From: Escherichia phage 236Ecol005PP
Direction: 5' to 3' (one strand)
Sequence record: PP434423.1
DNA length: 64,000 bases
Position numbers and translations under genes: made by a program. Positions 19,084-29,855 of this stretch are shown here, one piece after another. Position 1 is the first letter of the stretch, and each line of letters opens with the position of its first letter. The notes beneath the pieces were generated by a model that worked only from the letters and a program-made list of their open reading frames with translations, was not told where the DNA came from and did no database searches.

Positions 19084-20511
19084 CTAAAATTTTAATTCAT
19101 TTGCCAAAGCATCTAACTGAGCTCGGGCCGATTCATTTCTTTGATAGCGGTTCTGTTCAGCCTGAATCTGCTGTGAACCTGCTACTTCGTTCACTTCAGT
19201 TGGAGTAGAATCTTGTTCAATTTCTACCCATTTCTGATTTCCTTTTTGAACACCCATCAAAAACTTATTCCATTTATTCTTATCACCATATCGTGATTTG
19301 ATTTGCTTGATGAGTTGTTGTTCAGCAGCTGCTAACTCCTCGGTTTCAATGACCGCAAGCATAAAATCGGCTGTTGCTGGAAGACCGGCAGATTCTGCAA
19401 TATCGCTCATGTTAACATCAGAAGAATCCCAAGCTTGCTTACCAACCTGCGCTGCAGTCCAAAGAACAGTTTCGGTTTCAACAGCCAGAGCACGCAATTC
19501 CTCTGCAATGGCTTTAACAGTTGTGTAACTATTTTCTGAGTAAACCCTGATGCGACAAGATTTACAAATACCTAGATAGTCAACAATAATGATTGTTGGA
19601 ACAAAATTCTTCTTGAGCTTCAATTCGTTCAAAAGAGAACGAAATGTATTAGCGTCTGCTCCACCAGTAGGATACTGTTTAACGATTAAACGTCCAAGAG
19701 TAGATTTCTCACGCCATTTTTCCATTTTTCCTTTATATTCAGCGTAAGAAATATGCCCATCATCAATGTCATCAAGAGAAACATCAAGCATATTAGCATC
19801 AATACGCTTAGCACAGACTTCTTCTGCCATTTCCATGGAAATGTAAAGAACATTATGTCCGAGCTGCAAATAATCTGCTGCCAATGAACACAATCCTAAT
19901 GACTTACCAACGTTAACACCAGCCATTAAAACGTTCAGTGTTCCAGTTTCAGCTCCGCCTTTAGTAATTTTATTTAGAATTTTGAGTTTAAATGGAACCT
20001 TACGAGCTTTATTCATATAAGATAGCCAACGTGCTTCGTAGTCATCCATCCAATCATGACCAACGTAGCTATCAAATGAAACTGATAATGCTTGGCGCAT
20101 GATGTCAGGAATAGCACCTACATCTGGCATTTTCTTATTTCGTTTTTCTGGAGGAAGCTCAGCATTAGTTTGAATTTCAATTATTTTAGACGTAGCATTA
20201 AACATCGCCCTTTGCTGAACATATTTTTCTGTTTCTTTTACTAACCAGCTATGGTCTTCCGGAGAATCAGCTAGTTTTGAAATAAGTGTTTTTACACCAG
20301 AATATTCTGTTTCAGTAAATGAACTATTTTCTAATGCAACATTTAACGCATTAATAGATGGAACGCTATGGTACTCATTAACATGAGATTTAATTAATTT
20401 GAATGTATTTTTAGCTGGACCACTTTCAAAATATTCTGAATCCATATATGGCCAAACTTTTGAAAAATAAGCTTGATCAAATATGAGATGAGAAAGAATA
20501 ATTTCTACCAC
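19084..20511 (-). CDS. 41: replicative DNA helicase (DnaB-like)
   Basis: 475 aa; Walker A GVNVGKS. Confidence 0.9.
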   Translation of the reverse strand: MVEIILSHLIFDQAYFSKVWPYMDSEYFESGPAKNTFKLIKSHVNEYHSVPSINALNVALENSSFTETEYSGVKTLISKLADSPEDHSWLVKETEKYVQQRAMFNATSKIIEIQTNAELPPEKRNKKMPDVGAIPDIMRQALSVSFDSYVGHDWMDDYEARWLSYMNKARKVPFKLKILNKITKGGAETGTLNVLMAGVNVGKSLGLCSLAADYLQLGHNVLYISMEMAEEVCAKRIDANMLDVSLDDIDDGHISYAEYKGKMEKWREKSTLGRLIVKQYPTGGADANTFRSLLNELKLKKNFVPTIIIVDYLGICKSCRIRVYSENSYTTVKAIAEELRALAVETETVLWTAAQVGKQAWDSSDVNMSDIAESAGLPATADFMLAVIETEELAAAEQQLIKQIKSRYGDKNKWNKFLMGVQKGNQKWVEIEQDSTPTEVNEVAGSQQIQAEQNRYQRNESARAQLDALANELKF

Positions 20512-20520
20512 ACTTACTCC

Positions 20521-20883
20521 TTAAAAGAATTTAAATTTTTTCTTTGACCTTTTATTAAATGCATCTTGTAGTTGCATTGTAATACACTTTTCTACATGAG
20601 GAGCTAGCTCAGCTTTTCTTTCTTGGTCAAGAACAGCAAAGTCCATTACGACTTTTCCATCAACCCAATCTAATTTTGTCACATACACAATGTGTGTAGA
20701 ACCATCTTCTAGTTTAATGACAATCTCCTGGATAACATTTTCCATGGCAGATTTAATTATCTTAAGAGATTCATTAAAAAGACGTTCTTTTCTTTCTTCT
20801 TCCCCCTCCGAAGAGGGGGATTCATCGATAATTTCTAGATCTAAATCTAAATCATCTTTATTCATTAAATTCTTCCATATCAC
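20521..20883 (-). CDS. 40: gp40-like protein (head vertex assembly chaperone position)
   Basis: 120-aa acidic protein between 41 and uvsX. Confidence 0.45.
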   Translation of the reverse strand: MIWKNLMNKDDLDLDLEIIDESPSSEGEEERKERLFNESLKIIKSAMENVIQEIVIKLEDGSTHIVYVTKLDWVDGKVVMDFAVLDQERKAELAPHVEKCITMQLQDAFNKRSKKKFKFF

Positions 20884-22039
20884 TTAACTGATCTAGGTCA
20901 GTTTCTAAATCAGCTGCTGATTTACTTTTACTTTCTGGAGATTTAAATTTTTCAACCTTTGAGTTAATCAATTCATCAACTTCAGCTTCAACAATTTCAT
21001 TACTATCAATAGCACCTAACTGATAAGCACGTTTAATAGCATCTCGGAATGGTTGATGCTTAAATAAAGGACCCCAGAATGTAGTGCAATTGGTATCTTT
21101 TGCACGCCAAGATTTTTCTTCGCGAATCATCTCACCGGTTTCTTCGTCAAGAAATTCACGAGCATACCAACCATTTTTAGGTTTTACTACAAATCCTAAT
21201 TCAAGAGCCATATCTAACAATCCAGAATAAGGATCGATGCCACCGTCAAATTTAACATCAATAAAGAATTTACTTTTTTCTTTAACGGTACGAGATTTTT
21301 CTACATTTAGAACAAATTGATACCCCTGAAGATCAGAACCATCTTTAATCTGGCGCTTACCGATAATGAATACAGTATCAGCCGAATACATTACGCCTGT
21401 ACCGCCTGTCATCACGGTTTTACTAAACATTTCAATTGTTTCAATTGTATGGTTAACCGCAACGCACGGAATGTTTTTAATACTAAAATAAGGAGTAACA
21501 ATACGGAATAATGACTTCAGTGATTTAGCACGAGTCATATCTGCCACAGATTTTTCATTCAAGGCATCTTCCGTTTCTTTCTTAGAAGCCATATTACCGA
21601 TTGAGTCGATGAATACAATAACTTTTTCACCGCGCTCAATAGCTTCAAGCTGATTCACCATATCAATTTTCAGCTGTTCAACTGACTGGATTGGTGTATG
21701 AATTACTCGTTCCGGGTCAACTCCCATGGATCGCAAATAAGCTGGAGTAATACCAAATTCGCTATCATAGAATAGACACACCGCGTCAGGATATTTGTTC
21801 AAATACGCCGCAACCATAGTCAAAGACATATTTGATTTAAAGTGTTTAGAAGGACCTGCAAAAATGGTTAAACCAGACTGCATACCACCATCAATCGCAC
21901 CTGAAATAGCAATATTAAGCATCGGGATTTTTGTACGGATTACATCCTTTTCATTAAAGAATTTAGATGTAGTCAGTTCAGCAGTCATTTTAGAAGTGGA
22001 AGCTTTAATCAAACGGGATTTTAAATCTGCAATAGACAT
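20858..22039 (-). CDS. uvsX: UvsX recombinase (RecA-like)
   Basis: 393 aa; close to but not identical with recalled T4 UvsX (MSIADLKSRLIKAST...). Confidence 0.9.
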   Translation of the reverse strand: MSIADLKSRLIKASTSKMTAELTTSKFFNEKDVIRTKIPMLNIAISGAIDGGMQSGLTIFAGPSKHFKSNMSLTMVAAYLNKYPDAVCLFYDSEFGITPAYLRSMGVDPERVIHTPIQSVEQLKIDMVNQLEAIERGEKVIVFIDSIGNMASKKETEDALNEKSVADMTRAKSLKSLFRIVTPYFSIKNIPCVAVNHTIETIEMFSKTVMTGGTGVMYSADTVFIIGKRQIKDGSDLQGYQFVLNVEKSRTVKEKSKFFIDVKFDGGIDPYSGLLDMALELGFVVKPKNGWYAREFLDEETGEMIREEKSWRAKDTNCTTFWGPLFKHQPFRDAIKRAYQLGAIDSNEIVEAEVDELINSKVEKFKSPESKSKSAADLETDLDQLSDMEEFNE

Positions 22040-22338
22040 TCATTTTTTCCATAAGCATCATTATATTTTCCTCACGGTTTAATAGAGGGTTTATACTTAG
22101 AGTAACTACATTAAAACTTATTTAAGATAGAATAATTTTATCACTCAATCTTTTAGCATTATCGCTTGAAGTCTCAGTTAACTGGGCGTTTGGCTATTCG
22201 ATGAAATTCTCTCTTTTCTAACCAACATAACAAAAAGTCCCAAAAAAGCAAACAGACCTAAACCGATAAAGCAACAAAGGTCCTAACATTTATTCCACCG
22301 GTTAAAGATAAATAACTTTCTAATAATAGTTCATAATT

Positions 22339-23393
22339 TTATAAGTCAATAGCTTTTTTGAACGCATCTTGCCATTCGGCTTTCTTTGCACGAGTTTTAT
22401 TTAAAATATCATGTTGAATAGAAAGCATCTCTTTACGTAAAGCATCACTGCGTTTTAACTCATTGACTCTATCAATGAGTTCAGCACGATTATTTACATA
22501 AAAACGAGCATCATTAATAATTCGATGTTTGGTATCAAATTCTTCATCAATTAGCATCACCGCATCAGATGCCATTGTTTCCCAGACGCGTAAGGTAATA
22601 AAGTTGTCATTGTAATTCTTGTCACCAATAATTAATGCAACGATAGCTTGACTATTCTTTTCAGATACCATTTCATAGGAATTTTTCCAGTGAACACTGG
22701 AGCTTTGGTCCAAGGATATTTAGGATTTTTAAATTGTTTTTCTCGTGCAGTGCCAAAAAACTCAATATTTAAACCTGTGTCAAATAAGAATTCTACCATC
22801 TTGGATTCGCGTTGACCAGACCGAAATGAACCACCATAAATAACATCCAAAGTTTTCTTGGTAGGCTTAGATATTTGAAAATCGTTTATATGAATTTTAT
22901 ATTGTTCAATAGGAAAATATTCGAATTCAATAACATTATCAACTTTCTTATGCGCAGCCTTAGCAATGTTTAAATTTATACCTTGGGAAATCACTTTAAT
23001 TGGTGATTTAATTAATAGCTCTTCTTCAGTGTACAAATATGCCCATGGTCTATTTTTAACATTTGGCCAAGACTGAGAAAATGGCAAACGTATATCTGTA
23101 AATAAATAATAAATTTTACTTTTGTATTTTGCCATAAATTTTTGCGCAGATAAAACTGCTAAATTAGGTTTACCACCAAAAAAGTTAATAGAAGAATTAA
23201 CAACTATCAAACGGTCATAATCATTAACATCTACTTCATCAAAAGATTTAGTGTAAACATCATTTTTAAGAGAAATAATGTCGACATTAAGACCCATTTC
23301 AGAAATAGCTTTAAAAAGATAAATAGTTTCAGAAGATGAAATAGTTTTAAAATCAATAACATTATTACCCATATTAATTATAGCAATTTTCAT
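22339..23393 (-). pseudogene. bgt: DNA beta-glucosyltransferase, apparently disrupted by a -1 frameshift near 22670-22676
   Basis: two adjacent-frame ORFs (253 aa N-terminal, 124 aa C-terminal) whose joined length is about 351 aa; junction KIPM / MVSEKNSQ. Confidence 0.6.
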
Positions 23394-23416
23394 ATTATTC
23401 CTTTTATATTAAACGA

Positions 23417-24157
23417 TTAAGCGTATTTTCCTATATAATCTTTTTTCGAAATATGTGTTTCGCCAGTTTTCCACCAATGGTCAACCAAATAAAAATGACG
23501 AGAATACACATGAAGGCTTCCGACATTCCATATAATGGAACCTGCTTTATACTGGCGAGTTGAATCACCTGCGTTCAAATCAGATACTAATTTATCTAGT
23601 ACGTATTTTTGCCACGCATAATCATTACGGAATCCGAAGACCACGTCATTTGAACGCATATTAACCACTGCATTGACTTTCTTATCACGAATCAGGTACT
23701 GTACTGTATTAGTACACATGAAATCTGACATGCCATCTTTATTGTAGTCAAACTGCATAGATGGACGAGTATAAATCATGATACCACGTCGAGAATCAGG
23801 ATTTTGACCAAGTTCAGCTAAACACATATCATACTGGGCATAGTTATCTTCTGACCAGATAGCCCAACCATAATTTGAGTTAATTTCACCTTTAGAAGAT
23901 GCTACTTGTTGCCAAATCTTCGGTGTTTCACCCGGAATATCTTTAACGAACAAGCTCTTAGATTTATACCATTCAAGTTCACGCTGAATGTATTCATCAT
24001 TAAGAGCGCCAAAAATAAACGGTTCATCTGCTACAAATGATGCGCCAATAATTTCAATAGTTTTAACACCAGTTTTATCAACTACGAAATCTTTTTCCTT
24101 TAATGCAGTTCCCAAATGAAGACGGATTTCTTCAACTGTCATAGAGTCACTAATCAT
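23417..24157 (-). CDS. 42: dCMP hydroxymethylase
   Basis: 246 aa; thymidylate-synthase-like fold motifs. Confidence 0.9.
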   Translation of the reverse strand: MISDSMTVEEIRLHLGTALKEKDFVVDKTGVKTIEIIGASFVADEPFIFGALNDEYIQRELEWYKSKSLFVKDIPGETPKIWQQVASSKGEINSNYGWAIWSEDNYAQYDMCLAELGQNPDSRRGIMIYTRPSMQFDYNKDGMSDFMCTNTVQYLIRDKKVNAVVNMRSNDVVFGFRNDYAWQKYVLDKLVSDLNAGDSTRQYKAGSIIWNVGSLHVYSRHFYLVDHWWKTGETHISKKDYIGKYA

Positions 24158-24164
24158 TTAAACC

Positions 24165-24314
24165 TCAATTGATACATTCATATTTAACTTGTAACAGTAA
24201 TAAACCCCAACCTAAAATAATAGTTGGAATCATAAGAGGAACCGTTACACTATAGTATATACTTATTATAATCATCAAGATTAAAAGCAATGCTGCTATA
24301 ATTTTGCTTTTCAT
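24165..24314 (-). CDS. small hydrophobic protein (sub-threshold ORF)
   Basis: 49 aa MKSKIIAALLLILMIIISIYYS...; ATGA overlap with imm stop. Confidence 0.3.
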   Translation of the reverse strand: MKSKIIAALLLILMIIISIYYSVTVPLMIPTIILGWGLLLLQVKYECIN

Positions 24315-24562
24315 TCCTTCTCTCTGATGATAATTACCTGATTTGGCTGCGCAGACTTTTTAGTTTCACCTGCAATTGACCAAATAAATGTAATAAACCA
24401 ACCAATAATTGACCAGTTAAACAGTAAAGATGTGAAAAAGATTCCTACTGTCGATTTTGACCCGCGCATCAAGGCGATAAACCATGGAAGCATGTATATA
24501 ATAATAGCCAACACGCCTGAAACTAAAACCATAAAAATTGAACCTGCTACTAAAGTTTCCAT
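24311..24562 (-). CDS. imm: Imm, immunity to superinfection membrane protein
   Basis: 83-aa two-TM protein; size and position match recalled T4 Imm. Confidence 0.75.
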   Translation of the reverse strand: METLVAGSIFMVLVSGVLAIIIYMLPWFIALMRGSKSTVGIFFTSLLFNWSIIGWFITFIWSIAGETKKSAQPNQVIIIREKE

Positions 24563-24569
24563 GTTTTCC

Positions 24570-24947
24570 TCACTTAGTCAAATTTTTTACACATAAATTA
24601 TAAGAATTTACTACATACTCCATCGGAGCATTTTTACCAGTACGCCACTGGTAATTATTAGCCCAATTTGCCCAAAGTTCTGCACAGTAGTTTTCAATTT
24701 TTTCTTCGCGTGTAATTACATCCGAATTACGATATGCTTGAGCAGATTCATCTGGACGAATAGCTTCGTCAAAATTCGCCTGCATTTGTTCTACTGTCTG
24801 TTTTGGAGCTTCTTTATAACACTTGACATTAGGATTATAAAATTTGCTTGAACAGTTTACAATTTTTCCTACATCAGACTGATTTACTACCGGTCCTTGA
24901 GCTACACAACCAGCAAGACCTAATGCAATAACCAAAATAGCGATTTT
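24570..24947 (-). CDS. putative lipoprotein
   Basis: 125 aa from ATG at 24947 (MKIAILVIALGLAGC lipobox); GGAG SD. Confidence 0.5.
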   Translation of the reverse strand, partial: KIAILVIALGLAGCVAQGPVVNQSDVGKIVNCSSKFYNPNVKCYKEAPKQTVEQMQANFDEAIRPDESAQAYRNSDVITREEKIENYCAELWANWANNYQWRTGKNAPMEYVVNSYNLCVKNLTK

Positions 24948-24984
24948 CATTTCATTCTCCAAATCCGTATCAGTAGTTGATAGT

Positions 24985-25020
24985 TGTATAGTACCACAGA
25001 GGAACGGTCTTGTAAACAGT
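24985..25020 (-). promoter_or_regulatory. T4-type early promoter (GTTTAC / TACTAT) with conserved upstream AAAATTTTTTCACAAA
   Basis: plus gtaaac 25012-25017, atagta 24988-24993. Confidence 0.55.
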
Positions 25021-25098
25021 TTTGTGAAAAAATTTTTAATGAATTCACAGGGCCCAGAATCATCTATTTTTCCTAAGTATAGATTTATATTACTTGTA

Positions 25099-25121
25099 TG
25101 AAAAAGGGACCTGGAGGTCCC
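25099..25121 (-). terminator. rho-independent terminator after gene 43
   Basis: gggacc-tgga-ggtccc hairpin with A-run on plus strand. Confidence 0.55.
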
Positions 25122-25134
25122 TAGATTTATTCTA

Positions 25135-27831
25135 TCAGCCAAACAGGAAGTCTAACGAAGCTTTTTCTTCATAGTCCATGCCAGCCGATTCACACATACC
25201 AGCAAGCGGTTTAACAAACGATTTTTGGAACAAAGTTGAGTAGTCAATCCAAGATAGTACGTCAGAACGAATTTCTTTTGGAAGTTCTGTGCCTGATGGC
25301 CAAGCAATGCACTTGTCACCAAATGGATTTCCTTCACGTAATGGAAGAACCATTACCTTATTTCCATCCAAAATTGGAGCTACACCTAAACCGCTAACAG
25401 CTCGACGATAAGTTAGCACACCACGAATATGGAACGGACATTTAAATCCTGGCCAACCTTTATCATCATATTTCGCTATATCGTTCGCAGTTTTTACTTC
25501 AGCAATAACTTTATAGTCAAGTTGACGATATTCTTTCTCAAAGTTCTTGTAGTATTCTTGGACAGACTCTTCACCTTCCTGAAGAATACGACGAATACTT
25601 TCTTCGAGAGCTTCTTGTACTGCTTTTGGTGTTGAACTCTGTTGAGTTTCCATACCCATGATTTTTAGATGTGGTTCAGCAAATCGCTTATCTTCCATAT
25701 CATAAACGTTCAGAGCATAACGTTTTTTCGCTTTCCAAAATCCACCAACACCCTTTGAACCAAGCGGAGGGCAAGAAATAGCTTCACGGTCCATATGCAT
25801 CAGATGCTCACGGTTATTCATATAATCACATAACTCACGATATGCAACATCAATCATAGGTTCCATCTTTTTCTTACCAAACTGATTCATGAATTCAACT
25901 AAATCATTTTGTTCTTTAAAGCGGTCAAGACCTACTTTTTCAATTACTTTATCTACACAAACATATACCGAATCAGTATCACCTGCTGCGATGAAATCTT
26001 CACCATCAGTTCCACACACTTTATTTAGATATTCATTAATTTTACGAGCAATCCACTGAATACCGACTTGACCGAAAATTGTGATAGCAGTAGCATTTCG
26101 CAAATCATAGTAACGGAAATGAATATTACCAAGAGCACCATAAAGACTGTTGATAAGAATTTTACGGTTCAGCTGATTTGTGTTAGCGAGTGTAGCAGCT
26201 TTTTCACATTCTTCGATCAGACTATTAAGAACAGATTCGGTGTAATTCGATAATTCGTTTAAGAAATCATCATTGAACTTAACATATCGTTCAACTTCTG
26301 GTTTAGTTGAACAAGACCCTGCACCTTTCATAATAATCTTTTTAATAGCTTCGGCATTCATTTCTTCAGCGAACATTTTCTTTTTCCAATCTTTACGCTG
26401 GAAAAATACTTTAGCGATTTCCTTTGGAATGATACCTTCTTGGTGCTTATCATACATCCATCCATTCGGAGAACAAGAATATTCATCACTTGGCTTAGGA
26501 GCTGTTCCTGCGATATATTCATGAATTGGATGAACTTTGAACTGTCCACGAATAGTCTCAGGACTAATGTTAACCTGACGAATAATGCTAGGATACAGAG
26601 ACGTCAAGTCAAAACTCATAATGTATCGACGAGCAATCGGTTTAGGTTCAAACACAAATGCACCTGGAAAACTTTGTTTAACGTGCGAACCTTGTTGAGG
26701 AATAACCTTGTGTTCACCTTTCAATGAGTTAAAAATAATAGCATCCCAAGTTTTAATAGGACTCATTACACCAGAAAAAGGCATTTTAGCATAATAAGAC
26801 ATACTTAAAACTAGATCGATAAACCCACGAATTTTATCAATTGCTTGAACTGATTCTACGTCAATGATGTTATAACTAATGTATCGTTGATGATTAGTCT
26901 CACGAAGTTTATTAATAGGACCGTCGTATGGTAATTTACCTTTTTTGGTTTCATGTTGAGCAACTGATTCCAAAGAGAATGACGGCAAATTAGTAAATGC
27001 GAATTTCTTGTACAAATCTAAATAATCAAGAATAGATACGCCATCAATAGAATAAATTTCTTTGCTACCGTACACATTTTGAATTAGTTTAGATTTTACC
27101 CGACCGATTGGAGAGAAACGTTTCATACTGCGTTCGCCGAGAACCATTTTAACGCGATTCATGATATACGGAACGTCAAATCCCTCAATATTCCAACCGG
27201 TAAAAATAGCCGGTCGTTTCTGTTCCCAGAGATTAATATATTCCATGAGCATATCACGCTCATTATCGAATGGCATATAAATTACTCGGTCAAGAATTTC
27301 TTGAGGAACTTCATCACCACCTTCACAGTCAAGCTTAGCAGCTAACTTTGCATCCCATTTTGATACTGAACCGTACATTGAATTCAACAAATCAAAGACG
27401 TAAAAACGGTCGTCAATTGAATCATAATGAGTGATAGCATCAATTTCATATTCTGCTTTCATTGGGTCAGGAAATTTATCGCCAGTAACCTCAATGTCAC
27501 AGTTAGCTACACGAACAAATTTTCGGTCATAAACAATTTCTGAACCATACGTATCACTGATATAAGCGAGTTTAAAATCGTTCATACCGAGAGCTTCGAG
27601 ACCGATGTCTTCCATTCGCTTCATCCAGTCTCGTGCATCTTTCATTGATGGAAATTTTTGAGGAGCACAATTTTTACCATAAATGTCTTTGTATTTTGAC
27701 TCTTCCTTACAATGCCTAAACATAGTCGGAAGATATTCTACTTCGCGAGTACGTTCCTTTCCATTTTCATCAATATAACGTTCAACAATATTATTTCCGA
27801 CTGTTTCGATAGAGATATAAAATTCTTTCAT
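25135..27831 (-). CDS. 43: DNA polymerase (family B) with 3'-5' exonuclease
   Basis: 898 aa; exo and pol motifs (YGG, DTDS). Confidence 0.95.
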   Translation of the reverse strand: MKEFYISIETVGNNIVERYIDENGKERTREVEYLPTMFRHCKEESKYKDIYGKNCAPQKFPSMKDARDWMKRMEDIGLEALGMNDFKLAYISDTYGSEIVYDRKFVRVANCDIEVTGDKFPDPMKAEYEIDAITHYDSIDDRFYVFDLLNSMYGSVSKWDAKLAAKLDCEGGDEVPQEILDRVIYMPFDNERDMLMEYINLWEQKRPAIFTGWNIEGFDVPYIMNRVKMVLGERSMKRFSPIGRVKSKLIQNVYGSKEIYSIDGVSILDYLDLYKKFAFTNLPSFSLESVAQHETKKGKLPYDGPINKLRETNHQRYISYNIIDVESVQAIDKIRGFIDLVLSMSYYAKMPFSGVMSPIKTWDAIIFNSLKGEHKVIPQQGSHVKQSFPGAFVFEPKPIARRYIMSFDLTSLYPSIIRQVNISPETIRGQFKVHPIHEYIAGTAPKPSDEYSCSPNGWMYDKHQEGIIPKEIAKVFFQRKDWKKKMFAEEMNAEAIKKIIMKGAGSCSTKPEVERYVKFNDDFLNELSNYTESVLNSLIEECEKAATLANTNQLNRKILINSLYGALGNIHFRYYDLRNATAITIFGQVGIQWIARKINEYLNKVCGTDGEDFIAAGDTDSVYVCVDKVIEKVGLDRFKEQNDLVEFMNQFGKKKMEPMIDVAYRELCDYMNNREHLMHMDREAISCPPLGSKGVGGFWKAKKRYALNVYDMEDKRFAEPHLKIMGMETQQSSTPKAVQEALEESIRRILQEGEESVQEYYKNFEKEYRQLDYKVIAEVKTANDIAKYDDKGWPGFKCPFHIRGVLTYRRAVSGLGVAPILDGNKVMVLPLREGNPFGDKCIAWPSGTELPKEIRSDVLSWIDYSTLFQKSFVKPLAGMCESAGMDYEEKASLDFLFG

Positions 27832-27835
27832 AGAT

Positions 27836-27870
27836 ATTCCTTAGTTTATAGCCCGAGTTATTAGGCTCTT
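27836..27870 (-). promoter_or_regulatory. gene 43 translational operator (hairpin plus SD)
   Basis: minus-strand AGCCU-AAUAACUC-GGGCU hairpin 5' of AAGGA SD and ATG. Confidence 0.5.
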
Positions 27871-27887
27871 GATATATTATACTCCAA

Positions 27888-27907
27888 ATAAGGGGCCGAA
27901 GCCCCTT
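27888..27907 (-). terminator. UUCG-tetraloop hairpin after regA
   Basis: ggggc-cgaa-gcccc; U-rich downstream on minus strand. Confidence 0.5.
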
Positions 27908-27909
27908 GC

Positions 27910-28278
27910 TTAATTACCAATCGTATATTTAGGAACGAGTTTCCATTCATGTTTTTGTTTAAAAGAAATAACTCGGAAGTTATTAGTTAAATCTTTCATA
28001 AAAGTTCTTTGACCAGGAACGATTTCAATCAGTCCCCAATCTTCTAACAGCCATGCAATCGAATCACGACGAACTTCATCTTCTTCTGTCATTTCAACTT
28101 GACGACCATCCATACGAAGCATTTCTTTAAAATGAACGATATAATATAGTCCTTTTTTCTGAAGAATGTGGCAGGACTGATATAGAACTTTATCTTTATT
28201 ATTAGCAATTCCCATACGAGTCAGAGTTTCTTTAACTTTCAGAAAATCTTCAGGTTTTTTAAGAGTAATTTCAATCAT
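27910..28278 (-). CDS. regA: RegA translational repressor
   Basis: 122 aa; size and position between 62 and 43. Confidence 0.85.
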   Translation of the reverse strand: MIEITLKKPEDFLKVKETLTRMGIANNKDKVLYQSCHILQKKGLYYIVHFKEMLRMDGRQVEMTEEDEVRRDSIAWLLEDWGLIEIVPGQRTFMKDLTNNFRVISFKQKHEWKLVPKYTIGN

Positions 28279-28279
28279 T

Positions 28280-28843
28280 TTACCATTCCAATGCTAGTTT
28301 TTTGAGTTGTTTCTGTTCTTTTACGTTCTTAGTCACTTCTTTCAAAAAATCATCCGTGACTAAACCTTTTAGTTCTTTTAATACTAAAGGAAGTTTTCCA
28401 TTTTTAGTAAGAATTGATTTATAGTTAATTGCATCATTTGTATTAACTTGATACCGCTTAGCAAGTAACTTAATAATCAATACTTCAGTAGAATCTTCAA
28501 CCAGTTTTGCCCATTTACCATATCTTTTACCCCGAGGAACAGCAGCCATCAGATAATTAAAATGAGCTTCATCGCTTAAACCTGATCCAATTAAATTCAT
28601 AGCATATACAGCTGACATGCACTCAGGAAATTGTGATAATGCATTCTCAACCATGTATTTTGAATAATCTTTTTGAGCAATAGAGCAATTAGTTTTATTA
28701 TTAATAGCTCCAATTATTTCAAAAAATTCATTTTCAGCTTTTTCTTTAAAAGAATCAGCAGCAGATTGGACAGCTGTCCAATCTTTTGAATACCAAGCAA
28801 CTTGATGCTCGTTTAATTGAATATCATCTTCAAATAAGCTCAT
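28280..28843 (-). CDS. 62: clamp loader small subunit
   Basis: 187 aa. Confidence 0.85.
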   Translation of the reverse strand: MSLFEDDIQLNEHQVAWYSKDWTAVQSAADSFKEKAENEFFEIIGAINNKTNCSIAQKDYSKYMVENALSQFPECMSAVYAMNLIGSGLSDEAHFNYLMAAVPRGKRYGKWAKLVEDSTEVLIIKLLAKRYQVNTNDAINYKSILTKNGKLPLVLKELKGLVTDDFLKEVTKNVKEQKQLKKLALEW

Positions 28844-28844
28844 A

Positions 28845-29804
28845 TCACTTCCACTGCATTTCGCATGCCAATTGAATGAAAAGATATGCTAAATGTAATT
28901 CAGTATTAGCCGCAATTCCATGATACTGGTTATTTTCACCAACAATTTCATACATACGAATAATACTCTGTGGAGTTACGCGTGTATAGATTTCTTCGGC
29001 AAGTTTACCTACGAACCACGAATAATCAGCTGCATATTTTGGTGCTAAAGCTCTGAGCTGTTTAACATCTTTATTTTTGAGAGATTCAAGAACATCATCA
29101 ATAGCACCACGATCGTTAGTAACCAGTGATAAAATACCAGCATCCAAAACACCTTTAGATGAATAACTATCGAGCTCACCAATAGTTTTACGAAAATCAG
29201 GAAAATTCTTTTTAACCAAAGCTGCTACAACTTTCATATCAGCTATAGCAATTCCTTCATGCTTACAGATTTCAGTCAATCGACGAATCATCTGCTTCAT
29301 CATTTCAATTTTATCTTCATCAGTCGGTTGACCGAATGTAATAACTCGGCAGCGTGACTGAAGTGGTTTAATAATACCATCAATATTGTTAGCAGTAATA
29401 ATAATACTGCAGTTTGAACTATAAGCTTCCATAAAGGAACGAAGATGTCGCTGAGACTCTGCTAACCCTGAACGGTCAAATTCATCAATGACGATTACTT
29501 TTTGACGACCATCAAATGAAGCTGCACTAGCAAAATTAGTCAAAGGACCACGAACGAAATCAATTTTACAATCTGACCCATTCACAAACATCATATCAGC
29601 ATTTACATCATGACACAATGCTTTTGCTACAGTTGTTTTACCTGTTCCTGGAGAAGGAGAATGAAGAATAATATGTGGAATCTTACCTTTACTCGTAATA
29701 GATTTAAAGGTTTCTTTATCAAAGGCAGGAAGAATACATTCATCGATAGTAGATGGACGATATTTCTGTTCAAGAATGTGTTCTTTTTCATTTACAGTAA
29801 TCAT
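28845..29804 (-). CDS. 44: clamp loader large subunit (AAA+)
   Basis: 319 aa from ATG at 29804; Walker A GTGKTT. Confidence 0.9.
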   Translation of the reverse strand: MITVNEKEHILEQKYRPSTIDECILPAFDKETFKSITSKGKIPHIILHSPSPGTGKTTVAKALCHDVNADMMFVNGSDCKIDFVRGPLTNFASAASFDGRQKVIVIDEFDRSGLAESQRHLRSFMEAYSSNCSIIITANNIDGIIKPLQSRCRVITFGQPTDEDKIEMMKQMIRRLTEICKHEGIAIADMKVVAALVKKNFPDFRKTIGELDSYSSKGVLDAGILSLVTNDRGAIDDVLESLKNKDVKQLRALAPKYAADYSWFVGKLAEEIYTRVTPQSIIRMYEIVGENNQYHGIAANTELHLAYLFIQLACEMQWK

Positions 29805-29855
29805 AATTTCCTCATTCAAGTTTTAGTGTAAATTATAAAGGGCCGAAGCCCTCTA

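Noticed and set aside
22040-22100. MotA-box-like GATGCTTAT just upstream of the uvsX start
   Set aside because: No TAnnnT -10 element at the right spacing downstream of it.
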